Assembly (NCBI RefSeq): GCF_001194135.2
Contig: NC_068995.1
Span: forward strand, 39,765,673 to 39,821,863
DNA length: 56,191 nt
From: Octopus bimaculoides
Lineage: Eukaryota
Direction of reading: 5' to 3'
Notes under the pieces: generated by a model
Databases searched by the model: none
Told to the model about the DNA's origin: nothing
What the model saw: only the letters and a program-made list of their open reading frames with translations
Part shown: piece after piece, positions 12,676 through 25,749 of the stretch
Numbering within the stretch: the first letter of the stretch is position 1
How the letters are laid out: every line of letters starts with the position of its first letter
Position numbers and translations under genes: made by a program

Positions 12676-12762
12676 CATGGAAACCGAAGCCTTAGCTTCT
12701 TAAAAGTCTTAAGTACCGTAACCTTGGTCTCGTGCCCTAGGACTATTATGAGATGTAGGGCT
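12676..12762 (-). other. Candidate 87-nt phase 2-2 exon (ALHLIIVLGHETKVTVLKTFKKLRLRFP)
   Basis: Strong acceptor gcgtttttgttttcctag|, moderate donor CATG|GTACAT, and an open frame. Confidence 0.2.
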
Positions 12763-13026
12763 CTAGGAAAACAAAAACGCATCACGATATAAGGCTGCAG
12801 TTAAAGCTTATCGCTATGTCGTCACGTAACATAAAAATGTAGTTTGTTCGAGATAAATGTTCAATGCGGCCATCATTCGAGAAAAGAATACTGAGCAGAC
12901 AAAAGGAAAAAAAAAGCAGATATCAATTACATGAATGCATATGCCGCACATGCACATACATAAGTAGTGGCCATAGACACTTGTTAAATGACTGCGTGTA
13001 TAGCCACAGGCTCGTTTCTATCTATT

Positions 13027-13120
<94 letters not shown>

Positions 13121-13382
13121 CGTGTGTTTGCATGTGTAGACACTACCATATCCATAAATCTCGGGGAGTTTTCACTCATGCAAAGAAGCTTGTAGCATTT
13201 TCAATGACTGCTTTGAATTATGTGAAGGAGAATTGTAATAAATCTCACATATACATACATGCATACTTGTAGACATATATGAAATCGTGAGTACATATAT
13301 ACATATATGCTTACATACAAACATACGCAATATATACTTACATGCATACGTACATGCATACATACATATTTACAGATATGCA

Positions 13383-13419
<37 letters not shown>

Positions 13420-13487
13420 GCATGGATGCATTGGATACGTAAAGGAATACATTCACAATACATACTTACATACATATATATATATAC

Positions 13488-13605
13488 CGGAGTTGGATGT
13501 TGAAATTTCAATCAAGGAACCTTGGATCTAGGTTAGAAACCGGCTCTTTCTCTATTAGCAAGAGATCTTCAAATAAACCTGAATGATGACATACATACAT
13601 ACTTA
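13488..13605 (+). mobile_element. Isolated 3' UTR of the R4-like LINE (TACA lineage) with a (TACA)n tail
   Basis: gttgaaatttcaatcaaggaaccttggatctaggttagaaaccggctctttctctatt matches ~14210-14310 and ~22690-22730, and ends in acatacatacat. Confidence 0.75.
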
Positions 13606-13854
13606 CATAGATAAAAGCATAGATGCACACATACTCTGTATGTAGGTTAGGCAGAGGAATGTAGGTAGAGGCATTTATCTTTTCTTTGCAACCTCCAGGC
13701 CGAACGATTCTCTGGTCAAAACAAACTCTAAATCTTCAAGTAGGAAGGAAAAATTATACATACGTACAAACATACAAGCATATATGCATACATTCATACA
13801 TATATACACACATGCACACGTACACATACACAAATACATACATACATACATACA

Positions 13855-14315
13855 TGAGAACAACTACGCCGAGCTACTGAGAAATTTACAGATACTCCAC
13901 CCAGACTACAAGTTCAGATTCATACCCGTGATTGTTGGGGCATTGGGATATGTAACGAACTGCCCCAACAAAAACCTGGAAAAATTAGGGTTCTCAAAAC
14001 TTGAAAGAAAAAGGCTGATTAGAAGACTACAGATTCAAGCCATCAATGGAACTGTAAAGATATGTAAAACTTTCCAAAAATTTTGCACATAAATACATAT
14101 GCATGCATCTAGACATAAAAACGCATCCATTAAAACAAACATACAAATCTGCGCATACACTAACACCAAATACTGCACACACACACACATATGCACAAAT
14201 ACCTAGATGATGTTGATAAAAGTTCCAATGAAGGAGCCTTGAATCTATGTTAGAGTCCGGCTCTTTCTCTATGGACAAGAAATACAGAAATGAAACTGAT
14301 TGATAACATACATAG
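13855..14315 (+). mobile_element. 5'-truncated R4/Dong-like non-LTR retrotransposon: ORF C-terminus to 14092 plus 3' UTR
   Basis: ENNYAELLRNLQILHPDYKFRFIPVIVGALGYV...ICKTFQKF is the end of an RLE-type LINE ORF. It is homologous to 23120-23364 and flanked by CATA repeats on both sides. Confidence 0.85.
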
Positions 14316-14619
14316 GGCCGTGTCGTTTCAAGCTTTAAAAAAATACAAAGAAAAGAAAAACAAAATATTCCAAAATCCTCTACGTACAACCTCTCCGTTG
14401 CATTCCTCATTTATGGCTACTAAAGTTACTACAACGTGCTGCCATAGTAGGTGGCTGTCATTATAAAGCTCACAAAGTTCTGGCCAGCAATCCTTACACT
14501 TATAACTAAAAGCAGAATGACTGACTGTTTCCGGTGTTATAAATATATTAAATATATCAAGGAAACAAGTAAAAAATATCTACTGATTATATATTAGGTT
14601 CTACAACAGCAAGCGACAC

Positions 14620-14770
14620 CAAGGTAATCCATGATTTCTTTTTAGCGATTCTAAAGATTTATATGAAAAAATTGTTTACAATGTTGCAGAACAGATGGAT
14701 ATGGCGATATTCTTATGATGGGATTTTACCAAAAGAAATATTCATATTTGATAAACAAACTCAAAAAACT
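14620..14770 (+). pseudogene. Possible highly decayed CR1/L2-type RT fragment
   Basis: Frameshifted DLYEKIVYNVAEQMDMAIFL.WDFTK..YLINKLK resembles the 'FYE..V..G..VD.IYLDF.KAFD..PH..L..KL' RT motif. Confidence 0.35.
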
Positions 14771-14959
14771 TTTTCCCCAAGCCCGAAACCTTTCTATCAA
14801 TGAACCCCCCTCTCTCTCTCCCCTCTCTCTTTATCTCTCTCTATTTTCCTCTCTCTCTCTTTCTATCTCTTCTGTTCTACACAAGTGCAACAAATGCTTA
14901 CATATTGACTAAAATATATCATGCAAAAGGAGAATGACGGAAAAAAACATGGCAATCGT

Positions 14960-15520
14960 ATATTTTCCCTTATAATACGATATCACACAGTTCGTTTACA
15001 CTTACCGGAGATGATGACAACGTTAAATATCTAACTAGTCTATGAAAGAAATCTACTCTACAGCTATTAAAACCCTCTAAGTCCATGCATTAACTGAAAG
15101 CATCTCCAGAAATAGCGCGACTGACAGGCTCTATCTCAGAGCATTTGCGAGGTAAGAGATTATTGGAACAGCATCTACTAAACAACAGCAATAAAAATTT
15201 ACAATTAAACCACATACTCAGAAATGTGGGAACTCTTCGAGAAAATATTCATCTCTTGAAAATCCCCCATGCAACACTAGAACAGTTAAACCAACGTACG
15301 TAAACAATGTCAAAGGAAAATATTCTGTATGTTAAAATAGTTTATTCCAGGTGAGAATGATGCTAGCATTAATTCCCCTTAGATACACGGCCATTTTCAA
15401 GGTTATACTTTTGTAATCTGTAAAAAGGAAATGGTTACAAACTACGCGAGTTACCAAATTAATACTTTGCAAAAACAATCTGGAAACGAAATTGCAAAAA
15501 TATACAAGACTTTTCGACAT
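14960..15520 (+). pseudogene. Decayed R4-like LINE fragment (RT thumb to pre-zinc-knuckle)
   Basis: Frameshifted SF.LPEMMTTLNI.N*SMKEI..AIKT, NSATDRLYL..GKRLLE (the HP.S..DRLYL.R..GGRGL motif) and GHFQGYTFVICKKEMVTNY. Confidence 0.6.
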
Positions 15521-17119
15521 ATAGCACGTATTGTTATCATTATCAAAATTCCAGTGACGATCTTTTTACTCTTCATTTTAGAAACCAGCTTACTTTTAGG
15601 TAAAATTGAAATAAAAAGATAACGCCCATACATACATACATACATACATACATTCAAATAAACGTACGTACATACGATGCGAAACAATAACAGGAAAAAG
15701 CCACATTCCTTGAGGATAGAAATAGGCTGCTCCTTCTTCCAAAATCGACCATCGATATTGCTCAGCTAATATTTTTCTGAACAGCCTACTACATCCTTCC
15801 ATCTAGAAAATTGTAAATATCTTGAACCTATTACTGAAATAACAAAAAATGACAATAATAACACTGAGATATGAAATCTGCCATTGCACTGACGAAACGC
15901 AATAGCTGTTTATGAACGAACAGAAATTTCGGCAGAATATAAACAACTCAAAGGACAGCTTACAGCAAGATTCAAAGCAAAGATTTATTATTTACATCGA
16001 CAGATTACAATATGAAAGAAAGGGTGATTATTGCACAAGTCGATAGCAAAACGTACCGACTTGATGCTATCTGTGACCGATCGATCAAGTCGCTAAAAAA
16101 ATACCTAGCACAAATTGAATCTGCCAAATTTTGGCCATTAATGCCCTACTCTAATGTGCTGAAACTATTTGCCAGCAGCTGGCAACAACACAGAATGAGT
16201 GAAATAATAACACACAACCAAATTAAGTTACCTTCAGCCAAATAAATAAATAAATATATCTGAAAATTCGATATCATTTAATGAACCATTAGCTACGACT
16301 TTATGTCTGACTATGGAAGATATATGGGAGGGCTGATGACGGGCCTTCACAGGTATACTAATTGTCTTTAAACACGAACTAGGAGCGGTAAGACAAACTG
16401 ATAAGTGGTATATCGCAATAAAAAATGCTTTACCATCATGGTTTCAAAGATATCCTCTTTAGAATAATCAAAATTCTAGATTAACTGGGAGAAAGGATCT
16501 GGAGTGTAAACGAACAACAGATTCACGTAATGTGTTCTAAAGGAGTTGTGAAATGATTACTGTGCTAAATCCTGTCGATAAAAATTTATCAAGAAGATGT
16601 GTGTATACATCCGTACCTCTACATATGTCGGTATGAATGCGTTATTTGAGATTTCTTCAAGTTCCTCTTAGTGGAATCCAAGCAGATCGCTAAGAAACTA
16701 ACAAAACTTCTTGAGCTAAGACAATTTTCGAAGTTTGCAAATATGTGGCTGAATTAATGTAAGCAGATAAATAATGTATTCACACACTCTTATGTTCTGC
16801 ATGAATATGTTTCTATAGAACAAAGCGCTAGTGCATTTGCGTGCGTGTGTGTGTGCGTGCATATGCGTGTGCGTGCATATGCGTGTGCGCATATATGTGC
16901 GTGTGTGTTAATGATTACTTTTACATATGTGAGTTGTAGATGCAGACGACCAAGTGTATGCAGCTGTTCATTCAAAGAATTTCAGGTTGAGAATTTTTGA
17001 AACGTCTTACAAATTTTACTGTTCTACTAAAAGATGAAATTTGAAGGATACGCTTCAATTTCTTATGCACTTTTCTTCTAAAATCATTGCTTTTCTAGGT
17101 TTTTGAGCAAACCCGTGTT

Positions 17120-17240
17120 TACTCTTTTACTCTCTTACTTTTTTCAGTCATTTGACTGTGGCCATGCTGGAGCACCGCCTTTAGTCGAGTAAATCGACCC
17201 CAGGACTTATTCTTTCTATTCCTAGTACTTATTCTTATTT
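17120..17240 (-). mobile_element. SINE type C, 3' module
   Basis: The reverse complement gaataagtcctggggtcgatttactcgactaaaggcggtgctccagcatggccacagtcaaatgactg matches ~52330-52440. Confidence 0.85.
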
Positions 17241-17349
17241 CTTTACTGCCCACAAGGGGCTACACACAGAGGGGACAAACAAGGACAGACAAACGGATTA
17301 AGTCGATTATATCGACCCCCAGTGCGTAACTGGTACTTATTTAATCGAC
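17236..17349 (-). mobile_element. SINE type A, 3' fragment (linker-type tail), running into an N-gap
   Basis: gcccacaaggggctacacacagaggggacaaacaaggacagacaaacggattaagtcgatt is the reverse complement of ~41150-41225. Confidence 0.85.
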
Positions 17350-18267
17350 NNNNNNNNNNNNNNNNNNNNNNNNNNNNNNNNNNNNNNNNNNNNNNNNNNN
17401 NNNNNNNNNNNNNNNNNNNNNNNNNNNNNNNNNNNNNNNNNNNNNNNNNNNNNNNNNNNNNNNNNNNNNNNNNNNNNNNNNNNNNNNNNNNNNNNNNNNN
17501 NNNNNNNNNNNNNNNNNNNNNNNNNNNNNNNNNNNNNNNNNNNNNNNNNNNNNNNNNNNNNNNNNNNNNNNNNNNNNNNNNNNNNNNNNNNNNNNNNNNN
17601 NNNNNNNNNNNNNNNNNNNNNNNNNNNNNNNNNNNNNNNNNNNNNNNNNNNNNNNNNNNNNNNNNNNNNNNNNNNNNNNNNNNNNNNNNNNNNNNNNNNN
17701 NNNNNNNNNNNNNNNNNNNNNNNNNNNNNNNNNNNNNNNNNNNNNNNNNNNNNNNNNNNNNNNNNNNNNNNNNNNNNNNNNNNNNNNNNNNNNNNNNNNN
17801 NNNNNNNNNNNNNNNNNNNNNNNNNNNNNNNNNNNNNNNNNNNNNNNNNNNNNNNNNNNNNNNNNNNNNNNNNNNNNNNNNNNNNNNNNNNNNNNNNNNN
17901 NNNNNNNNNNNNNNNNNNNNNNNNNNNNNNNNNNNNNNNNNNNNNNNNNNNNNNNNNNNNNNNNNNNNNNNNNNNNNNNNNNNNNNNNNNNNNNNNNNNN
18001 NNNNNNNNNNNNNNNNNNNNNNNNNNNNNNNNNNNNNNNNNNNNNNNNNNNNNNNNNNNNNNNNNNNNNNNNNNNNNNNNNNNNNNNNNNNNNNNNNNNN
18101 NNNNNNNNNNNNNNNNNNNNNNNNNNNNNNNNNNNNNNNNNNNNNNNNNNNNNNNNNNCGTGTGTGTGTGTGTGTGTGTGTGCGTGTGTGTGTGTGTGTG
18201 TGCGTGCGTGTGTGCAAGAGAGATAGTGTATATGTGTGTTTGTGTGTGCGTGCGTGCAAGAGAGATA

Positions 18268-18323
<56 letters not shown>

Positions 18324-18885
18324 CTAAGTCTTGTGCTTGCTTGACCCCACCACTTATTGACAACCGGTGCTGGTGTGTTTATGTCACTGTAACTTAGTGG
18401 TTCGGGAAAAGAAACCTTTAGATTAAGTACAGGACCTACAAATCACGTTGAATAACAACCAAACACGTTAAAATAGATTTGGAGAAGGTTCATTTCACTC
18501 CATTAGACTTTCGAGTGTGGCTATGCACGTTCGTTAATTTTGAAACGATAAGGGGAAGTAACCTCCAGCCTACTGATGATGACGACGATGACGACGACTA
18601 TTCGGTTGATATTTCTGCCGTTCTGTACACTAATGATTGTACTCTCTCTACTGCTGCTATTGCTGTTCTTGTTTCGGCTGTTTGTTGTTGTGTTAGCTGT
18701 TGTTGTCGTCGTTGTTGTTGTTATTTGTGTTCTTGTTGTTATTGTTTATTACGGGTGTGGATGTTAATGTTGTTGCGTCTTGTTATTTATTCATGTTTCA
18801 GTATTACATTTTATCCTTGAGCAAGGAATTTGACTCAGCTTGTCCCATTTGCTAAATGATCGATTAGTATTGCTACTACTACAAT

Positions 18886-19277
18886 TGTTGTTGTTGTTGG
18901 CACTCCGTCGCTTACGACGTCGAAGGTTCCAGCTGATCCAATCAACAGAACAGCCTGCTCGTGAAATTAACGTGCAAGTGGCTGAACACTCCACAAACAC
19001 GTGTACCCTTAACGTAGTTCTCGGGAATATTCAGCGTGACACAGTGTAACAAAGATGGCCCTTTGAAATACAGGTACAACAGAAACAGGAGGAAAGAGTG
19101 AGAGAAAGCTGTGGCGAAAGAGTACAGCAGGGTTCACCACCATCCCCTGCCAGAGCCTCGTGGAGCTTTTAGGTGTTTTCGCTCAATAAACACCCACAAC
19201 GCCCGGTCTGGGAATCGAAACCGCGATCCTATGATTGCGAGTCCGCTGCCCTAACCACTGGGCCATTGCGCCTCCAC
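18886..19277 (-). mobile_element. Full-length SINE type B (tRNA-like head, long tail 'i', (CAA)n end)
   Basis: The reverse complement starts gtggaggcgcaatggcccagtggttagggcagcggactcgc (A box) ...ggtttcgattccc (B box) and ends ggagtgccaacaacaacaac. Collinear with 42093-42481 and 52950-53331. Confidence 0.93.
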
Positions 19278-19323
19278 ACTACTACAATTAATGTTGTTGA
19301 TATTAATATTGGTTCCAAATCAA

Positions 19324-19850
19324 GGCTGCGAGCTGACAAAATAGGTAGCACGCTTAGTGACATTTCGTCTGGCATAACGTTCTGAGTTCAAATCCCGCTG
19401 AGGTCGACTTTACCTTTTATCCTTCGAGATCGATAAAACAAGTACCAATTGAAAACTGGGTCGATTTAATCGAATCATCCTTTGCCTCAAAATTTCTGCT
19501 CTTATGGCACGATTCGAAACTAATGTTGGCTTGAAATGGTTCAGCTGATTGCATCGATCAACTGAAACTTACTTTATCGACCCCGAAAGGATTAAAGACC
19601 AAGTCGACCTCGGTGGAATTTGAACTCAGAGCGTAAAGACAGACGAAATGCCGCTATCCGTGCTACCGATTCTGCCAGCTCGCCGCTTTACTGTTACTAT
19701 TAATATTCGTTTCAAATTTTGGCACAAGGCCAACAATTTCGGGGAGAGATAAGTCGATTACACTGATCCGGGGGCTGAACTAGTTTATTATTTTATCGAC
19801 CCTAAAATGCTGAAAACAAAGTTGACCTTGGAGGAATTTGAAGTCAGAAT
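19324..19850. mobile_element. Cluster of three SINE type A copies: plus 19324-19521, minus ~19550-19686, minus ~19700-19850
   Basis: Shared gagttcaaat..cgctgaggtcgac / ttatcgacccc core in both orientations. Confidence 0.8.
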
Positions 19851-20222
19851 TCACCTATACACAAACACACGCGCATACACACACACACAGACACACACAC
19901 ACACNNNNNNNNNNNNNNNNNNNNNNNNNNNNNNNNNNNNNNNNNNNNNNNNNNNNNNNNNNNNNNNNNNNNNNNNNNNNNNNNNNNNNNNNNNNNNNNN
20001 NNNNNNNNNNNNNNNNNNNNNNNNNNNNNNNNNNNNNNNNNNNNNNNNNNNNNNNNNNNNNNNNNNNNNNNNNNNNNNNNNNNNNNNNNNNNNNNNNNNN
20101 NNNNNNNNNNNNNNNNNNNNNNNNNNNNNNNNNNNNNNNNNNNNNNNNNNNNNNNNNNNNNNNNNNNNNNNNNNNNNNNNNNNNNNNNNNNNNNNNNNNN
20201 NNNNNNNNNNNNNNNNNNNNNN

Positions 20223-20253
<31 letters not shown>

Positions 20254-20301
20254 TCAGAGACAGACAGATAGATAAGTAGATAGATAGACAGACAGACAGA
20301 C

Positions 20302-20357
<56 letters not shown>

Positions 20358-22600
20358 CTTTGTTGATTCACCAGAAACGATAATTTCAGTGCACACTATG
20401 TATATATGTATGTATGTATGCATGTGCTTGTGTGTGGTTCTGGGTGTGTGGGTGGGTGGGTGTATACGTGTGTGGTTATATGTGTATGTATGAATATATG
20501 TGTGTTTGTTACGTAGTACCGCTTGGCAACCGGTATTAATTTATTTATGTCCCCATAATCCAGCAATTCGCCAAAAGAGATCCACAGAATAGAAAAGTAC
20601 CGAGGTTGATTTGTTCGACTGGACCTCAAGATGGCGCCCTAGCTTCTATGAAATCCCGTTCTAAGGCAGCTATTACTGATAACGCTAAGAAATTGAATCG
20701 CAAACGCCAAGAACTATTTCGTTCAGTTTCTGTGCAAATTCTTATTTAATTACATTTGATCTATCACGGTCACAGCAAACATGGGATTGAGTCCTACAGG
20801 CAGATTTTGACTTTTCTGTCCAAAGGATTTTCAATCTAATATTTACACCCTGTTATTTGTAGATTCATCTAATTCGAGTTCCATCGTTAAAGCAAATTAT
20901 TTCACGTTCCCTCGAGCGTCCTAAATTATGACATAAACAACATACATTTCTCGCTGATAAAAATAAAGCTTAAAAATAAGAAAATTCTAATAATTTCTGT
21001 GGCCCGCCCAATGGTAGAACATCTGACGTGTTTACAAACGATGTCGGTTCGAGTCACTCGCGCAACTTTCCACCTTTTCTATCTAAAGGGATTTTTGTCC
21101 AAGATTTATAGCTTTAACTATCTCCCATTCCACCGCTACAAACGAATTATTTATATATNNNNNNNNNNTTATATATATATAAACAAACCAAAACATGGAA
21201 CAAGAAGGTAACAGAAGGCATATATGTATATCATACATTAAAAGTAACGTTCAACCTTGCTTGTTTGCTTGCAATTTTACACACCTAAACTGGCGCATAA
21301 TGAGAAATGCTTTGAAAGTAAAGAGTCCCTGAAATGTGAATACGAACGGAATAAAACAATTTTCGCGTAAATCGGATCAGAAGTTATTGAGATATGTGCG
21401 GTTTTGAGGTATTAAATACTCAAAACTGTACATAATGGAAAAATACTCTGAAAATAACTTAACCCTGAAAGGAAAGAAACTCTAACCTTTCCATTTTTCA
21501 CATAATGATGAGCAAAATATTTTAAAGTGAAAATTACTTTAAAAATATGGTAAATATTTCGTAAAAGACCCGTTAGTTTCTTTCCATAGGTTTCTCTCGA
21601 GTGCATTTAACGTATCTCACTTCCAAAGACTTGCTGCTATTTCTACCACGTAACAGCTATTTGCGATAAAGTACCCGAAATAACTGTTACGTTGTAGCAG
21701 GTCGTGCAAGAAATAGCCAGATCTTTCCTTTTCTGTGGAAAGGAGCTGTTTAGGCGTGATTTCGATGTCGCATTCGTTGAAAGCATGCGAAATAACATAG
21801 AACAGAAAAAAATTCCACGAAACGAAACTCCGTTGTTGAGAAACTCAGACTTCCCCGGTGACCCAACGGATCATAAGTAGTGTAGTATATTTATATAAGT
21901 CACAAAAATATATGGATTCAACTAACCTGGTGGCACTCATAAAAAGCTCCTTAATATAACATTCTTTGAAACATAGAATATATAATACGGTACAAGAGGT
22001 AACAATAAGGAGTATATAAAGTTAGAGATAACGAAAGAAATATAGTATGATAGAATTCATTTGACCATTGGAAATACATGTTTTACAAATGCTTGTTTTC
22101 GCAGCTAAAAACATGCATAGATAATTTATTGGATTATATTTTTATGAGGAAATTACTTTCATGTTTGTATTAAAATAAACAATTTTTACATTCAAGCAGA
22201 TACTAAACTAAGCCATCGGGTTACAAGAAATCCATTTTATAAATAATCCCTCGACATAACGTTTCAAAAGCGCAAAATCAATATCTAAAAAAAAAAACAC
22301 CTTAGCAAATAGGGAATAATATAATAATTGAATTAATAGAAATTACTAACACAGGTTTCTAAAGAAAATTTAGTAAGATAACTAAAAGGTAGATTATTCT
22401 AACCCGATGAGATTGTTTAATATGTGCATTAATTTAAAGGTTGTTTATATAAACGCAGACATTTATATAATTTACTTATTATACAATATAATGAAATAAA
22501 TTATCTATGTATGTTTTGAGTTGCGAAACAGTTGTTCTGATATAAGAATTTCCAGTGTTTAAATAAACTTTATCATACTCGTGTATGTGTGCATGTGTGT

Positions 22601-22650
<50 letters not shown>

Positions 22651-22689
22651 GTAGTACATACATACATACATAAAAAATTACTCTGTTGT

Positions 22690-23460
22690 TAATGCTGAAA
22701 TTCCGATGAAGGAACCTTGAAACTTAGGGATAGAGATGTGGGAAAAGCCGTGAAATGTGACAACCGATGCAGACTTTGTGGAGTTCACACTGAAGATATC
22801 ACCCACATCATAAGCAGTCGTCCGAAAATGTCATCACGGTATATCTACCGATGTGACATGACAATGTAGCTAGGACACTATAATGAAATCCGTCGGAAGG
22901 ATAATCCCGAGTACAAAGAAATAAAAATTCATAATATGGTACAAGCCATAGCCACTCATAATGAAAAATGATACTGGTGGGATGTACCAGTGATGACCTC
23001 AATAAAATGTAAGCACAACAGACCTGATATAAAGATTTAGGATAGAGAAGAGAAACTGTGCACAGTTGAAAAAATTAGCTGCTCAGCGGATGTTAACATA
23101 AAGCTGAAGATCGGTGAGAAGAGAACACCTATGCTGAACTATTGAGAAATCTACAGTTACACTATCCCGATTACAAGTTCAGGTTTACACCTGTAATTAT
23201 TGGGGCCCTGGGATATGGGATATGTAACACACTGCCTAATTACCAATCTTGAGAACTTAGGCTTCTTAAAATCAGAAAGGAGAAAGCTAATTCGAAGGCT
23301 ACATGTCCAATTCATCTCTGGAACAGTAAAAATCTGTAAAACTTTCCAGAAGTTTATTATTTAAATATATATAAGCATGGCTAGATATGTAACTCTATGC
23401 ATGACAATATATATATATATATAAAACACACAAATCTGCACATGCATACATACATACATA
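22690..23460 (+). mobile_element. R4/Dong-like LINE 3' fragment (CCHC knuckle plus RLE endonuclease, disrupted), TACA lineage
   Basis: KCDNRCRLCGVHTEDITHIISS.PKMSSR.YLPM*HDNVA...WWDVPVMTSIKCKHNRPDIKI*DREEKLCTVE.ISCSADVNIKLK...YAELLRNLQ...GTVKICKTFQKF, with stops and frameshifts. Confidence 0.9.
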
Positions 23461-23463
23461 CAT

Positions 23464-23558
<95 letters not shown>

Positions 23559-24242
23559 CATTTCTTTTATTAGCCAGACAGGGCTCAACGAAGATGGGAC
23601 AATTGTAATATAGGTAAATGTTGTCTGCAAATTGACAAAGATAAATTCGAAAAGAATTGCCGAAATACTAATTGCAATTACTTCTTTCGGCACCTTATTT
23701 TTTTTATAACAAATGTCTTATTTTCTATGATGCCACATCGTTGTTGTGTAATGAGATCAAGGAATAATAACTGACATTTAAGTATTTATTTATTCATTTC
23801 ACCTGCTTAGGAGATAAAGTGCACTCATCCTACTCCTCTTATTCTCTCTCTGTATCTCTCTTTTAGACTCTTTTCGCCTATCTTTCTCTACGGCGTGACA
23901 GGAGAAATCAACCAACAAACCAATCAGCATTTATAATTGTTATTAACAAAGCTACACACACGCACACGTACACACACATACACACCTACACACACATACG
24001 CACACACATATACCTATACAAATGTGTAGGTATGCATATACACAATATATATATATGTTATATACATGTATATGTATATACATACATATAAATATATAAT
24101 TTTACCATTCTTAAGGAAGAATGTTGTTGACAATATACATACATACACATGTACATACATGCAAGCTCATACACATATATATGTGGGCAAGTTATTTAAG
24201 CTAATACATTCAAATATATATACAGGTTTGTATGTATGAGTG

Positions 24243-24277
<35 letters not shown>

Positions 24278-24339
24278 ATTGAAAGTGAAACTCGTATTAT
24301 CGACCGGCGAAAAGGTACCATCCTCTATTCTGCAAGAAT

Positions 24340-24815
24340 CCTTAGGAAGGATCTCGTGGTTGCAACTGAATATTACAAGATCTTCTAGCATTTCACCATA
24401 AAGATTTTACCATACTACTAAGGCATTCAATGGCAAATACTCAAAGAGAGTAAACACTGCTGCCGTCAACAAAGCTCTTACCCATCGATAGTTAGTGTCT
24501 TCTGGATTAAAATCAGAAACGGAAGGGTTTATCATAGCAGCCCAGGATCAATGCCTGCCTACAAGAAGAGCAGTAGCCCAATATTTCGTGTATGTAAACA
24601 ACAAAATGAAACCATCAATCATGACTCCATGTGTAGCTGTTTTGTACCTACAGAGTATCTCAATAGGCATCATAGAGCGGCACAATATATTTACTGGGTA
24701 ATTTGCGAAGACCTTGACTTGCACCCTGATAAAAACTGATGGGAACACAAACAACATTCAGTGCTTGAAAATGACCACATCTCACTCCTCTGGAACTTTA
24801 CCGGTCAAACTTACA
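24340..24815 (+). pseudogene. R4/Dong-like LINE fragment (post-RT region plus zinc knuckle)
   Basis: FNGKYSKRVN...SSGLKSETEGFIIAAQDQCLPTR...RVCKQQNETINH...EYLNRHHRAAQYIYWVIC...*WEHK..SVLENDHISLLWNF, matching the typical R4-clade motifs ETEG.I.AAQDQ, RH..VA and EN...ILWDF. Confidence 0.88.
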
Positions 24816-25280
24816 GAAATATAACCATCATGTCTACCAGGCACATGCATCACAACCATATGGGCACGACATGGTAATCTCATATCAAGATAAATAGCGC
24901 ATGACCTTTCAGGTGGAGCTCAGAATTTTCTTCATTTCGAGTAGCCCATCCCGCTCAAAAGGTCCCTGAAGGAAGTTTGCTTAAGAATTATGAATGAAAC
25001 ACCTATGTCTCCGGAGGTGAATTACTCAAACCCCAAAGAATTCCTCTCAACACATGGTTATGATGTTTCGCTACTACTACTGCTGGTGACCAGAGATGCA
25101 CATATTGTTAGCTACTATGGAACATGATCAACTGGTTAAGATGAAGCAAATCTGCGTTTTTTGAGCAGAATATTTGCTGTAGCCCATCTTTTATACCAAC
25201 ACAAAACATTGTACATGATTACACTTCCAATCAGTTAAGATCAAAAGCCATGAGAGCCAGTGCCCGGCACTGCATCAGAA

Positions 25281-25521
25281 CGAGCTGACAGAATCATTAA
25301 TACGCCGGCCAAAATACTTACCAGCATTTCGTCCGTCGCCACGCTCTGAATTCAAATTCCACCGAAGTCGACTTTGCTTTTCATCCTTTTCGGGTCGGAA
25401 AAATAAGTACCAGTCGAGTACTGGGATTCGCTGTAATCGAATATCCCCTTCCCCTAAATTTCAGGCTTTCTGCCTACAGTAGATATGATTATTATTACCA
25501 TTCTTCTTCTTCTTCTTCTTC

Positions 25522-25580
<59 letters not shown>

Positions 25581-25601
25581 GTTGTTGTTGTTGTTGTTGT
25601 T

Positions 25602-25649
<48 letters not shown>

Positions 25650-25745
25650 GGTTTCAAATTTTGGCGCCAGGCCAGCAATATTGGAGGAGGGGGCTAGTCG
25701 ATCACAAAGACCCCAGTGATTAACTGGTACTTATTTTATCGACCC
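25281..25745. mobile_element. Tail-to-tail SINE type A pair (plus 25281-25495, minus 25649-25745) around a (TCT)(TAT)(GTT)(AAT) microsatellite
   Basis: The plus copy ends aaatttcaggctttctgcctacagtagatatgattatt. The minus copy tail appears as ggtttcaaattttggcgccaggcc. Confidence 0.82.
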
Positions 25746-25749
25746 CTGA

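Noticed and set aside
15000-15045. Strong minus-strand donor CCG|GTAAGT with a 34-nt candidate exon
   Set aside because: It lies within a recognisable plus-strand R4 LINE relic, so it is probably coincidental.
20998-21065. tRNA-like sequence (tggtagaa A box, ggttcgagtc B box)
   Set aside because: I could not form a proper acceptor or anticodon stem. It is best explained as a decayed SINE head. The SINE A-D heads are likewise not called as tRNA genes.
24830-25275. Probable dispersed repeat or LINE 3' region; likewise 36865-36985 and 28340-28520
   Set aside because: Only one copy each in the window and no translatable motif, so I cannot classify them without a repeat-library search.
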